Shown in pieces: positions 54,667 to 63,149 of a stretch of 64,000 nt of DNA (position 1 is its first letter; every line of letters starts with the position of its first letter). The DNA is from Candidatus Aenigmatarchaeota archaeon (lineage in GTDB: Archaea; Aenigmatarchaeota; Aenigmatarchaeia; QMZS01): contig JAGLVB010000003.1 in the NCBI GenBank assembly GCA_023134135.1, forward strand, positions 98,218 through 162,217, in the 5' to 3' direction. The notes under the pieces were generated by a model. The model saw only the letters and a program-made list of their open reading frames with translations. It made no database searches and was not told where the DNA came from. A program made the translations under genes and the position numbers.

Positions 54667-55071
54667 ATGGTAAATCATAGAGAGACTTTGGATAAACCCA
54701 TTCCCAGTTTAGAAGATATGATTGAATTTGCTTTTCTATTGCTTCTGCCGGTTTCTCTGGTAATTTCATGGATTGTTGATTTTAGCGCAGTGTTGATATG
54801 TTTTTTTCTGATTGCTTCTTCATTAGGTTTGCTCTTTTTTGCTTGTGTTGTTGTGGATTCAGAATACAATAAAGAGAAATATAGAATGGAATATTCTCTT
54901 TCAAATGGCATTTTTACATTCCTGACCCTTGTACTGGTAATCCCTTCAATAGTAATTACTTATCTGTTAAAAACTGAATTTCTTTTCCTACCAGTGTATG
55001 CTATTTTGTTAATTGGATTTTTTGGATTTCTTTGTAATAGGTGGATTAAGGGATTGGCGAATATTGGTTGA
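54667..55071 (+). CDS. Hypothetical four-TM membrane protein
   Basis: 134-aa ORF. An attC-like element starts 8 nt after its stop. Confidence 0.45.
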   Translation: MVNHRETLDKPIPSLEDMIEFAFLLLLPVSLVISWIVDFSAVLICFFLIASSLGLLFFACVVVDSEYNKEKYRMEYSLSNGIFTFLTLVLVIPSIVITYLLKTEFLFLPVYAILLIGFFGFLCNRWIKGLANIG

Positions 55072-55078
55072 TTGTGGG

Positions 55079-55161
55079 ATTTAACATATGCAGATATGCG
55101 AAGTTTGCGAAGCAAATTTGGATGGAGCCTGTAAGGCGGAGTCTCTTAATCGCTGTTATGT
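55079..55161. repeat. attC-like element 1 (ATTTAAC ... GTTATGT); left half of sub-family 2, right half of sub-family 1
   Basis: ATTTAAC-ATATGCAGATATGCGAAG-[TTTGC GAA GCAAA]-TTTGGATGGAG-[CCT GTA AGG]-CGGAGTCTCTTAATCGCT-GTTATGT. Confidence 0.6.
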
Positions 55162-55252
55162 CTGGGTGAGCGAAGCGAAAGTCTGCAAGACGTCCCCAAG
55201 AATTTTCGTAGAAAATTCGCAGTGTTTCTTCGGGTGCCGTTAATCACTAATA

Positions 55253-55260
55253 TTTATATA
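55253..55260 (+). promoter_or_regulatory. TATA-box-like TTTATATA, ending 22 nt upstream of the ATG at 55283
   Basis: The sequence and spacing fit an archaeal promoter with a short or absent leader. AT-rich background lowers specificity. Confidence 0.3.
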
Positions 55261-55282
55261 ATACAAAATAGTTAACTAAATT

Positions 55283-55927
55283 ATGAGTAATGATAAGGAA
55301 ATGTTTGAAAAAATATATGAAAAAGTAGCAGTCTGGACAGAATCCGAGCCACCTAAAGAATTGGTAAATTTAATTGAAAGTGGAAAAATTAAACCATGCA
55401 AAGTTCTTGATGTTGGATGTGGTGAAGGATTCTATGCTATTTATTTGGCTTCAAAAGGTTTTGATGTAACAGGAATAGATATATCAGAAAATGCTATAAA
55501 ACTTGCAAAAGGAAATGCGGTGAAACAAAGTGTAAAAATAAAATTTATGCCTTTTGATGTAGATGATTTAGATAAAATAAATGATAAATTTGATTTTGTA
55601 TTTGAATGGGCAATTTTGCATCATATAATGTCCGAACAAAGACAAAAATATGTAAAGAATATTAAAAGGATTTTGAATGTAGAAGGAAAATATTTATCAA
55701 TCTGTTTTAATAATCAAAATCCTGATTTCGGAGCGAAGGGCAAGAATTTAAGAATAATTCCAGAAGGTGCAAAAATGCCTGTAGGAACAAGATTATATTA
55801 TTCATCTTTTGAAGAGATGAAACAGTTATTTGAACCGCATTTTCGTGTAATTGAAGCCAAATTGATTACCATGACTGCGGGTAAAAAAGAACATATTGGT
55901 AACTATTTCTTTATGGAAAAGATGTAA
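55283..55927 (+). CDS. Class I SAM-dependent methyltransferase (small-molecule type)
   Basis: VLDVGCGEGFYAIYLASKGFDVTGIDIS (motif I and post-I); 214 aa. Confidence 0.75.
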   Translation: MSNDKEMFEKIYEKVAVWTESEPPKELVNLIESGKIKPCKVLDVGCGEGFYAIYLASKGFDVTGIDISENAIKLAKGNAVKQSVKIKFMPFDVDDLDKINDKFDFVFEWAILHHIMSEQRQKYVKNIKRILNVEGKYLSICFNNQNPDFGAKGKNLRIIPEGAKMPVGTRLYYSSFEEMKQLFEPHFRVIEAKLITMTAGKKEHIGNYFFMEKM

Positions 55928-55946
55928 AGGCACCAGAGGAAATTAA

Positions 55947-56036
55947 ACATAACATCGGGATTTAGAGAAGTCGGGCGTAGCCCGATTTGGATGGAGAAAT
56001 CTGCAAGACTTCGGAATCTCTTAATCGCTGTTATAT
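55947..56036. repeat. attC-like element 2 (ACATAAC ... GTTATAT)
   Basis: ACATAAC-ATCGGGATTTAGAGAAG-[TCGGGC GTA GCCCGA]-TTTGGATGGAG-[AAATCT GCA AGACTT]-CGGAATCTCTTAATCGCT-GTTATAT. The outer arms GATTTAGAGA/TCTCTTAATC pair at 9 of 10 positions. Confidence 0.65.
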
Positions 56037-56161
56037 TTTCCCGTCAGGGATTGATTTTTAGTGCAACGACGCTGAAAGCAAAAAATCAAAGTCGTATTTA
56101 AGTTTCCCAATAGAAGCGAGGTTTTTCCGAGTGTAACCTCAAAAGCTCTCTCATTGCCAAT

Positions 56162-57025
56162 CTAATCTGCATCAACGGGTACAGTAGATTTATCTTTTCT
56201 TAATAATAATCCCGCAACAAGAATTAAAGTTCCTCCAATAATCATGTTTAATGTGATTACTTCTTTGAAGAAGACAACACTAAAGATTAATGCTGCTGGA
56301 ACTTCCCAATATGTGAATAATGAATAATGGCTCATTTTTAATTTTTTCAACGCAAAAAAGAATAATAAGAATGCAATTATACCAACTAAAAATCCATATA
56401 ATGATGCAACACCTGTTTGAGTAATTGTTGGTATTGGTTTATTGATAAAAATGAATGGTAAAAAAACAATTGCACCTACAAGATTTTGATAAAATATTGT
56501 TTCTGTCTTGGTGTATTTTTTTAATCCTTTTTTGAAGATAACTACTGTAATTGAAAAAATTATTGCGGAAAGTAGCATGGCTGCCATTCCAATAAAGTCT
56601 TTATTTCCAAAACTAATTTCTTTATTCATATACATGACAGTAATTCCTAAAAAAGCCATACCAATAAGTAATGCAGTTCTTTTTGATACTTTTTCTTTCA
56701 AAAAAATTGCACCGAAGATTGAAGCAAAAATTGGCCATGTAAATAGAATTATTACTGCATTACCAATTGAGGTGTATAGATATGCAACGAAATAAAGAAA
56801 CATCATGGCAGCATTTAATCCAGAAGCAATTAACATGATTTTGTAATTTCCCTGAAATAATTTTATCTTCTTCCATTCAAAATAACCTAATAAAATTATT
56901 ACAGGAATGAACACTCTAAAGAATGTGATTGAAGTTGATGGGAGATTGAGGAGTTTAATAAAAACGCCACTTGATCCACTAATTGTTGCGGCAAAGATTA
57001 TTGCGAGATAAGGATTCAGCTTCAT
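56162..57025 (-). CDS. EamA/DMT-superfamily transporter
   Basis: 287 aa, about 10 TM helices, with the two-EamA-repeat architecture. Confidence 0.7.
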   Translation of the reverse strand: MKLNPYLAIIFAATISGSSGVFIKLLNLPSTSITFFRVFIPVIILLGYFEWKKIKLFQGNYKIMLIASGLNAAMMFLYFVAYLYTSIGNAVIILFTWPIFASIFGAIFLKEKVSKRTALLIGMAFLGITVMYMNKEISFGNKDFIGMAAMLLSAIIFSITVVIFKKGLKKYTKTETIFYQNLVGAIVFLPFIFINKPIPTITQTGVASLYGFLVGIIAFLLFFFALKKLKMSHYSLFTYWEVPAALIFSVVFFKEVITLNMIIGGTLILVAGLLLRKDKSTVPVDAD

Positions 57026-57106
57026 AATGATTACAATTGCGGGATTATTATATATAGTTTTCTAGTAGCCAGTATAAAGAGAGAGCCGTTCAGAAACTTA
57101 AATACG

Positions 57107-57211
57107 ATTGCACATTGCTATTAAAAGAAGTTCGGTTTTGAGGCAACCCACAAAACCGAATTTGGATGGAGAAGTCTGCAAGACTTCGGAACTTCTTAAT
57201 CGCTGTTAGTT
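57107..57211. repeat. attC-like element 3 (left box degenerate: ATTGCAC ... GTTAGTT)
   Basis: ATTGCA-CATTGCTATTAAAAGAAG-[TTCGGTTTTG AGGCAACCCA CAAAACCGAA]-TTTGGATGGAG-[AAGTCT GCA AGACTT]-CGGAACTTCTTAATCGCT-GTTAGTT. Compared with AATTGCAACTAACAT of elements 4 and 5, the ACTAA of the left box is missing. Confidence 0.55.
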
Positions 57212-57344
57212 GCGTCGGAGTGAAACGAGGACCAAGGGTTAGTGCAACGGTCGGCGAAGCCGAAACCCGAAGAGTTATTTTCAAGGGCGTTCTATTAAAT
57301 GAGCGAATGCGATACATTAAGAACAAGAATTAAAAGGCGAATTT

Positions 57345-57908
57345 TTATTCCAATTTCATATAAGAATATTTTCCTAAAGTAAATTTATTATCAGTAATTA
57401 ATTGTTCAACTTGTTGTTTATGATTTTCATATGAATTTTGAATTATTAAATCAATACATACTAATGGATTTTCATTTTCAGATTCAACAGTTCTAACAAA
57501 AATATTTGAAGCATTAGTTGGTTCTCCTATTTGATAAGCTAAATCTTTGATTTGTTCTAATTGATATGGTGGTTTTATTCTAATTCCAATATAATTACCC
57601 TTCAAGTCACCCTTTTTAACTATTTCAAGTGCATCTTCGGACTCAATAGATACATCACATCCTCTTAATTTTTCTTCAAGGTCAACCTGCTTTCTAAAAA
57701 GATTAACAATATCTTTTGAAGAATATTTATCATCAACATTTCCATCAATAAAAACACCAGATTCTAAAATATTTTTATTATATCGAAATAATGATCTGAA
57801 AAATCCTAATTCAACATTATCTAAATGAAAATTCGTAAAACTACTATTTACCTCATCAAAAGTTTTCCCTTCAAAATAAACAAATCCTCTAATTTTTTGC
57901 ATAATCAT
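57345..57908 (-). CDS. Hypothetical protein
   Basis: 187-aa ORF. No family recognised. Confidence 0.4.
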   Translation of the reverse strand: MIMQKIRGFVYFEGKTFDEVNSSFTNFHLDNVELGFFRSLFRYNKNILESGVFIDGNVDDKYSSKDIVNLFRKQVDLEEKLRGCDVSIESEDALEIVKKGDLKGNYIGIRIKPPYQLEQIKDLAYQIGEPTNASNIFVRTVESENENPLVCIDLIIQNSYENHKQQVEQLITDNKFTLGKYSYMKLE

Positions 57909-57984
57909 ATATAATTAATAGATTAATATAAAACTTTCGAAAAAATTCGCCTTCTTTACTTTTTTAGTCCTTGAAAATAATTGC

Positions 57985-58083
57985 AACTAACATATGCAGA
58001 TATGCGAAGTTTTTGCGAGTATCAATTGTTCCAAAGCAAAAATTTGGACGGAGCGAAGCGGAGTCGTATATTTGCTGTTATGT
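57985..58083. repeat. attC-like element 4 (AACTAAC ... GTTATGT), sub-family 2
   Basis: AACTAAC-ATATGCAGATATGCGAAG-[TTTTTGC ...19 nt... GCAAAAA]-TTTGGACGGAG-[C GAA G]-CGGAGTCGTATATTTGCT-GTTATGT. The arms GCAGATATGCGA/TCGTATATTTGC pair with two G:T positions. Confidence 0.6.
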
Positions 58084-58140
58084 TCTCATCCAAAGGATGA
58101 CGAGGAGCGAAGCGACGAAGAGTAAAATTTCCATTTCCTG

Positions 58141-58190
58141 ATATATTCTGCGAAGCAGACAATATGTCCGCAGGACGGGGGGAGTTCTTT
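58141..58190. repeat. 50-bp module copy A (ATATATTCTGCGAAGCAGAC..TGTCCGCAGGACGGGGGGAGTTCTTT)
   Basis: Differs at 3 positions from 63333-63382. Contains the CTGC-GAA-GCAG and GTCC-GCA-GGAC mini-hairpins. Confidence 0.85.
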
Positions 58191-58207
58191 TTATGAGATT
58201 AATAAGA

Positions 58208-58432
58208 TCAAAATATTACTTCTTTAAGAATATCTGCATGAAATCCACCGTTGGATAGAAAATAAGGCGGGTCTGCAAAAATCATATTAACTGAATTTGC
58301 AGGTAGTGAATTAAGAACCTTTAGACAGTCGTCATGGAATAACTGTATGTTTTCTGAGTTGAAGTATGGTTTAACCATATATCTATTTGTTTGGAATTGG
58401 TTAATAAAAAGTTTGTTGTTTAATCTCGGCAA
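58208..58432 (-). pseudogene. Truncated beta-class N6A/N4C DNA methyltransferase (N-terminal ~70 aa only)
   Basis: ...IQLFHDDCLKVLNSLPANSVNMIFADPPYFLSNGGF, then 10 unrelated codons and a stop. The TRD and SAM-binding motifs expected downstream are absent. The truncation abuts the repeat module at 58141-58197. Confidence 0.7.
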
Positions 58433-58437
58433 AACAA

Positions 58438-59508
58438 TTATTTACCAATTATTATAACTTCTCGATATCCTTTTCCATTATTTCTATTAAGTTTATATGA
58501 ATATGGTATGGATTTTGTTATCACTGTTTTTTTGTATTTTTTCATTAATTTGACAATTGTTTGTATAGTTGGCTTTCCTTTATTTCCGTAAGATACAACT
58601 ATTGTGGAATCGGAGAATTTACGAAAAAGATTATCAAAATTACTTATTAAATTACAATCCCATGTATTTTTTTTGAAAATGAATGGTTTATTTACTCTTG
58701 AATTATCAATATTATGTTCCCATGTATTGTAATTCATAATACCTTCTAAAAAATGATACATCTCTGCATAGTTTTGAGGATGACAAGAATCTTTCCTACA
58801 ATAAGGCGGATCAAAATATACTAGATCAAATTTATCATTGATATTGAATATGTCTGTATTAAGTACCATATTGTTTTTTCCATTGTCAAAAACAAACTTT
58901 GAATATTCTTTATTGAATTTAATAAAATGATCCTTGAATGGTTTATCCCATGTTTTTTTATTGCCAAAACTTCTCTTAACATTGCTCGTTCTAAGATTCA
59001 AATTTTTTCTATGAAATAGATTAAATGGTCTTTTTGAAAGACAAGATTGAAACAAATTGTGATATGCTAACGCTTTTTTGTATCTTAGTGTTTTACCGTT
59101 ATATAACAAAGACAAATCTTCAATATTTTTTATCATTTTATCTAATAAGATATTTTCTTCATCAAGAAAATAAATACCATTATACATTTTACTTATTAGT
59201 TTTGGATATGATTCTGTTTTTCTTTCATTAAAAATAAATTCGATGTCTTTCACATTAAGTTTTACATTTTTATTCTCAATTAAAGCTATTCCCGTCTGAC
59301 TATTTGATTTAAGTATATCATTAAATGAGACTTCTTTACCCATACTTTTAAAAAGAAAACCAATACTACCTGAACCCCCAAAAGCATCTAAAACAGTTTC
59401 AAATTCAAGAGTTACAAGGATATTTTTTAACCAAGACACCATTCTTCTTTTGCTTCCTTGATATCTTGTTGAAGGAGCATCAAATCTTTCATTATCTTTT
59501 TTCTTCAT
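58438..59508 (-). CDS. D12-class N6-adenine DNA methyltransferase
   Basis: STRYQGSKRR, LDAFGGSGS (SAM loop) and VYFDPPYC (motif IV); 356 aa. Confidence 0.8.
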   Translation of the reverse strand: MKKKDNERFDAPSTRYQGSKRRMVSWLKNILVTLEFETVLDAFGGSGSIGFLFKSMGKEVSFNDILKSNSQTGIALIENKNVKLNVKDIEFIFNERKTESYPKLISKMYNGIYFLDEENILLDKMIKNIEDLSLLYNGKTLRYKKALAYHNLFQSCLSKRPFNLFHRKNLNLRTSNVKRSFGNKKTWDKPFKDHFIKFNKEYSKFVFDNGKNNMVLNTDIFNINDKFDLVYFDPPYCRKDSCHPQNYAEMYHFLEGIMNYNTWEHNIDNSRVNKPFIFKKNTWDCNLISNFDNLFRKFSDSTIVVSYGNKGKPTIQTIVKLMKKYKKTVITKSIPYSYKLNRNNGKGYREVIIIGK

Positions 59509-59509
59509 A

Positions 59510-60292
59510 TTAAATTACACTTTGTATTTTTTGAATATAATCTAGGTCAACAATTGCTTTATTTAAGATAGAATCTTGCTCCGAAGATGTCATCTTTTTG
59601 AAAATATCAGGAAAAGCTAAAATTAATGATATCATAATATAACACTGCAAATCATTACAGTTTTTTATCCATTCCTGAAATTTCGCTTCATCATACTTTG
59701 GAGAATAACGACCTGTCGAAGTTTGGAAATGATCCGCACTAGTATGAATGGATTTTGAAAGTTGAGCATATAATCTTTTTAATAGATCTCCTGTTTTCCT
59801 TCCTGAGTAAATTTTTTTATTGGCATTACATTGCTGATCAAATGTGTCTATTTTACTAAGTTGTTTAAAATAAGTGAAGTCAGAACCCCAAACATATTTT
59901 TGTTTTACATTGATATACCATTCATTGTCGTTAAGCCACCAGTCATATTCTATTTTGTGGTCGATAAAGTAGATCATTCTTAGAGCGGATTCCATTTGAG
60001 ATCGTAAACACATATTGGCATATTTATAGAGTCCCAATAACGCAAAATGCAATCCATTTATTCCATCAGCGAAAATTTCAGGCATTATTTTTTCAGCAAT
60101 TTTATCTCCATGAAATTTGTTTTTCCATTTTCCATATAAATTCAGTATTTCTAATACTTTCTCTATGTTATTGTCTTGATCTATTATAGACTTTTCCCAA
60201 TTTTGTTTTCTCCATATCTTTTGTGCATTATGCACAGTTTTTATCAATGTAGGTAAATTGTTGATTTGAAATCTAACCATTATTATCACCAT
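59510..60292 (-). CDS. Unknown helical protein with HEPN-like Rx6H motif
   Basis: LRSQMESALRMIYFIDH contains RMIYFIDH, which fits the Rx4-6H spacing. Also LSKSIHTS. No family recognised. Its start (60292 or 60280) overlaps the upstream gene. Confidence 0.4.
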   Translation of the reverse strand: MVIIMVRFQINNLPTLIKTVHNAQKIWRKQNWEKSIIDQDNNIEKVLEILNLYGKWKNKFHGDKIAEKIMPEIFADGINGLHFALLGLYKYANMCLRSQMESALRMIYFIDHKIEYDWWLNDNEWYINVKQKYVWGSDFTYFKQLSKIDTFDQQCNANKKIYSGRKTGDLLKRLYAQLSKSIHTSADHFQTSTGRYSPKYDEAKFQEWIKNCNDLQCYIMISLILAFPDIFKKMTSSEQDSILNKAIVDLDYIQKIQSVI

Positions 60293-61016
60293 TTATAAAG
60301 AAAGAAACAGAACAAAGTGAGTTATTGCTATCAATTGTTAAAATATGGTCTTCAATCTCCGCATTTACATTATACTTTTGAGCAAGTTGCTGAAAAAATT
60401 CTTTTAAAGTTAAGATTTTATCTGCAATAGAATTAATATTATTACTCTTGGATAAATTTAAACCATGCCATGATGATACCAGGAATTGATCTGAGTTATT
60501 CTTTATTGTTGTTGTATTGACAGCCGTTTGTTCTAAGAGTGTTGTATACATGACTATAAAACTACTGTTTCCGAATCTTTTTTGCTCACTAAAAATTTTT
60601 TCAATACTTTTAAGTTCTTTTTCTATTCGTCCATTTAATATTTCAATTTCTTGTGAAGAAAAATCAATGTTTAAAATGTGAAACGGGAGACGATCAAAGA
60701 TTTTATGTTGACCACAATTTAAGATAGTCTCTTCAAATTCAATTTCATCAATTACTTCGTTTACTTTTCCTTCAGCATCTAAACTTAAAGCCTCAATTGA
60801 ATTTTTACACCAAGCAAGTATATGGATTTTTGAAGAAATACATTCTTCATTAAGAATTCTTATTTCATCCATGTTTCTAGAGTTGGTTAAAGTTAAAACC
60901 TTTAAGTTCTTGTTTTTTATTTTTCTCGGATTTATTACATGACCTATATCTTTGAATTTATTTTTCCAGAAATTATTGGCAATGTCGGTTTTTAACCGTA
61001 ATATAGTTTCTTCCAT
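60273..61016 (-). CDS. Unknown protein (faint Rossmann/MTase-like motif order without a Gly-rich loop)
   Basis: LKVLTLTNSRNMDEIRIL ... LPFHILNIDFSSQ loosely recalls the motif I/IV positions of Trm1/TcmP-like folds. This is very tentative. Confidence 0.3.
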   Translation of the reverse strand: MEETILRLKTDIANNFWKNKFKDIGHVINPRKIKNKNLKVLTLTNSRNMDEIRILNEECISSKIHILAWCKNSIEALSLDAEGKVNEVIDEIEFEETILNCGQHKIFDRLPFHILNIDFSSQEIEILNGRIEKELKSIEKIFSEQKRFGNSSFIVMYTTLLEQTAVNTTTIKNNSDQFLVSSWHGLNLSKSNNINSIADKILTLKEFFQQLAQKYNVNAEIEDHILTIDSNNSLCSVSFFINGDNNG

Positions 61017-61025
61017 GATATTTAC

Positions 61026-62711
61026 CTAGAACATCTTTTCGAATAATCTGTATATTTTTTGCATTGCAGAAATAGATATTTTTTCTTCTTTTGCAATGAA
61101 TTGAAAACCAATCACAAATTCCATAATAATCGTATTGTCCAAGGCAATATTGAAAATTGGATGGTTTTTATTGAATACAACTGTTTTTTTCTGTATATCT
61201 AATTTACAGATAGGATCAATTTTCGTTGTTATATTCCATTGATCATATTTAACAGAAAATTCTTTGTTATTGACTCTGATTTTTTCAAAAAGTGATGGAT
61301 GTTCCTCATGAATAATTACTTTTTTTTGTTCTTTGTCTATTTCTATGGGATTCTCATCTATATTTCTTATTGACCTTTTTTTCTCAATAGTGAATCCTTT
61401 TTTGCTTGCTATATCGCTAATTTTCTTTGAGAGGGTTACTATTTCTTTCTTATCTTTCCTTACTATCGGTGCTTTCGGGATTCTTAAATTAGTTTTATCA
61501 AATTTAATGATTCCTACTGATTTTAAATCTTGAATGATTTTTTCTTGATTTGGTAGTTTTTCTAACGTTTCATATATTGCTTTATCTTCTTTTGCAGTGT
61601 TTTGAAACTCATGATCCCATTTTGTTAATTTGTCTCTAAAGAACTCATATATTTTTGATACTTCTTCAGTATAATAGAAACCATCCCTATCAAGCATTAA
61701 ATCATTATTTAATCCTTCAACAATATGAATTTCTCCCGTAAAATAATTTAATTTACCTAACATACGACCTTTCAATTTGATAACATCAAAATCTGTAGGT
61801 AAACCTATTCCTACATCGTTTAATCTAATTTGAAATCCTCTTGCTTCCTGTGGTCTGATAGAAGTAAAAGGAGACAAAATTGTGTATTTCAATATAATGT
61901 TTCCAAACTTTTGTTCTCCTTTTTCTATTATTTCTGATCTTTTATTATTGGCTCCTTCAGGCACATTCCTAAATAATTCTTCTCCGTCAAACCACACTCT
62001 TAAAGGAATCCTATTTTTTAGATAGAAAAAATCTTTTAATTCTTTATAAGATTCAGGGAATTGTAACGGTAAATATTGTGATAGCTCCCATTTCGTCTTT
62101 TCAAGCCAACCAAATCGTTCAATTGAACCACAACCCTCTTTTTCATATTCTTTCATTTGTGTAATTGTGCGATCTTCTATATTTTCAAGAAGTACAATTG
62201 TTTCTCCTTGTTTTTTTGGCAATAAGCTCGGACATATTTTATAATCTATATTTTCAATATTGTTATTTAACACCCAAGAATTATCTTGATAATATTCACT
62301 TACTTTAATAATTACTTCAATAGCATTTTCTTCTCCTGCTTTTTTACTTACAATTCGAATTGTTTTACAATAGGGAAATACCGCCAAGAAACCAACTCCA
62401 AACTGCCCTATTCTTTTTCTACCCAAACCAATTGAAGCACCTGTCCGGGGGGTGGTTTTACCAATTGTTAAAAGTTTATTTTCAATATCTATTTTATCCA
62501 TCCCTTTTCCATTATCTTTAATAATGAGTTTCTTCGATTTGAAATCTAAATTTATCTTTATCTCTGTAGCTTCAGCATCATAAGCGTTAGAAACAAGTTC
62601 TTTTATTGCTCGCGAAAAATTCTTATAAAGACCAATACTTAAATGACTCACTACTTTTGAATCCACTTTTATAGAAAGTTTGCCTTTTTCAATGATTTTT
62701 TGATTAATCAT
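61026..62711 (-). CDS. GHKL-superfamily (MORC/MutL-like, HATPase_c_3) ATPase
   Basis: N box ELVSNAYDAEATEIKI, G1 box IKDNGKGM and G2 box GQFGVGF. A long C-terminal region may hold an S5-like transducer. The likely start is ATG 62711 (the track uses GTG 62720). Confidence 0.8.
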   Translation of the reverse strand: MINQKIIEKGKLSIKVDSKVVSHLSIGLYKNFSRAIKELVSNAYDAEATEIKINLDFKSKKLIIKDNGKGMDKIDIENKLLTIGKTTPRTGASIGLGRKRIGQFGVGFLAVFPYCKTIRIVSKKAGEENAIEVIIKVSEYYQDNSWVLNNNIENIDYKICPSLLPKKQGETIVLLENIEDRTITQMKEYEKEGCGSIERFGWLEKTKWELSQYLPLQFPESYKELKDFFYLKNRIPLRVWFDGEELFRNVPEGANNKRSEIIEKGEQKFGNIILKYTILSPFTSIRPQEARGFQIRLNDVGIGLPTDFDVIKLKGRMLGKLNYFTGEIHIVEGLNNDLMLDRDGFYYTEEVSKIYEFFRDKLTKWDHEFQNTAKEDKAIYETLEKLPNQEKIIQDLKSVGIIKFDKTNLRIPKAPIVRKDKKEIVTLSKKISDIASKKGFTIEKKRSIRNIDENPIEIDKEQKKVIIHEEHPSLFEKIRVNNKEFSVKYDQWNITTKIDPICKLDIQKKTVVFNKNHPIFNIALDNTIIMEFVIGFQFIAKEEKISISAMQKIYRLFEKMF

Positions 62712-62847
62712 TTTGCTCACCCTTTAATTGTTCTTCCATCATAATTTCAAATTGTCTTGATATAAGCCACCCTTTTCTTTTACAATAACTTCTATAGTCA
62801 TTATACAACTTGGTTTTAACTCTTAAAGTTATATTTTTTGATTCCAT
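62704..62847 (-). CDS. Ribbon-helix-helix (CopG/Arc-like) DNA-binding protein, 47 aa
   Basis: Hand-translated: MESKNITLRVKTKLYNDYRSYCKRKGWLISRQFEIMMEEQLKGEQND*. It has a beta-strand (ITLRV) followed by two helices. Its stop overlaps the ATPase start (ATGATTAA). Below the track cutoff. Confidence 0.6.
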   Translation of the reverse strand: MESKNITLRVKTKLYNDYRSYCKRKGWLISRQFEIMMEEQLKGEQND

Positions 62848-62866
62848 AATTATCACCATAATTCAA

Positions 62867-62887
62867 ATATACACAAATGTATATAAA
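62867..62887 (-). promoter_or_regulatory. TATA-like box (TTTATATA, 62880-62887 on minus) overlapped by the perfect palindrome ATATACA-caaa-TGTATAT (62867-62884)
   Basis: Read directly. The box ends 32 nt upstream of the RHH ATG (62847). The palindrome is a candidate RHH operator. Confidence 0.4.
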
Positions 62888-62976
62888 TATTGCTATTTTA
62901 GAGTTTTTATCTATAGACATATCCTTTTCAAAGAAAAAGACGATTTGTCCGTAGGAACTCCCTTAATAATATAGAA

Positions 62977-63019
62977 AAATTTGGGAGAGCGAAAGCGAAC
63001 CTCTTAACCTTGGTTATAT
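62977..63019. repeat. attC-like half-site (right half only, ends GTTATAT)
   Basis: AAATTTGGGAGAG-[C GAAA G]-CGAACCTCTTAACCTTG-GTTATAT parallels the right halves of elements 1-5. No matching left arm was seen. Confidence 0.45.
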
Positions 63020-63149
63020 AAAGTGCGAAGCATTTCCTTGTTGTTTCGGGTGGTCGGTTAAGAGAAGTTTTTCTATCGAGCGAAGCGAGACAATCTGTGC
63101 GTAGCACTGGAATTCCCCCTTTTTTTTAGGAAAACTTAAACACAATTGC

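Noticed and set aside
57090-57326. Track ORF (78 aa, minus) covering attC-like element 3.
   Set aside because: It lies entirely inside the GC-rich repeat/hairpin element. Its Arg/Ser/Thr/Pro-rich translation has no start context, and equivalent frames are not conserved in the other element copies.
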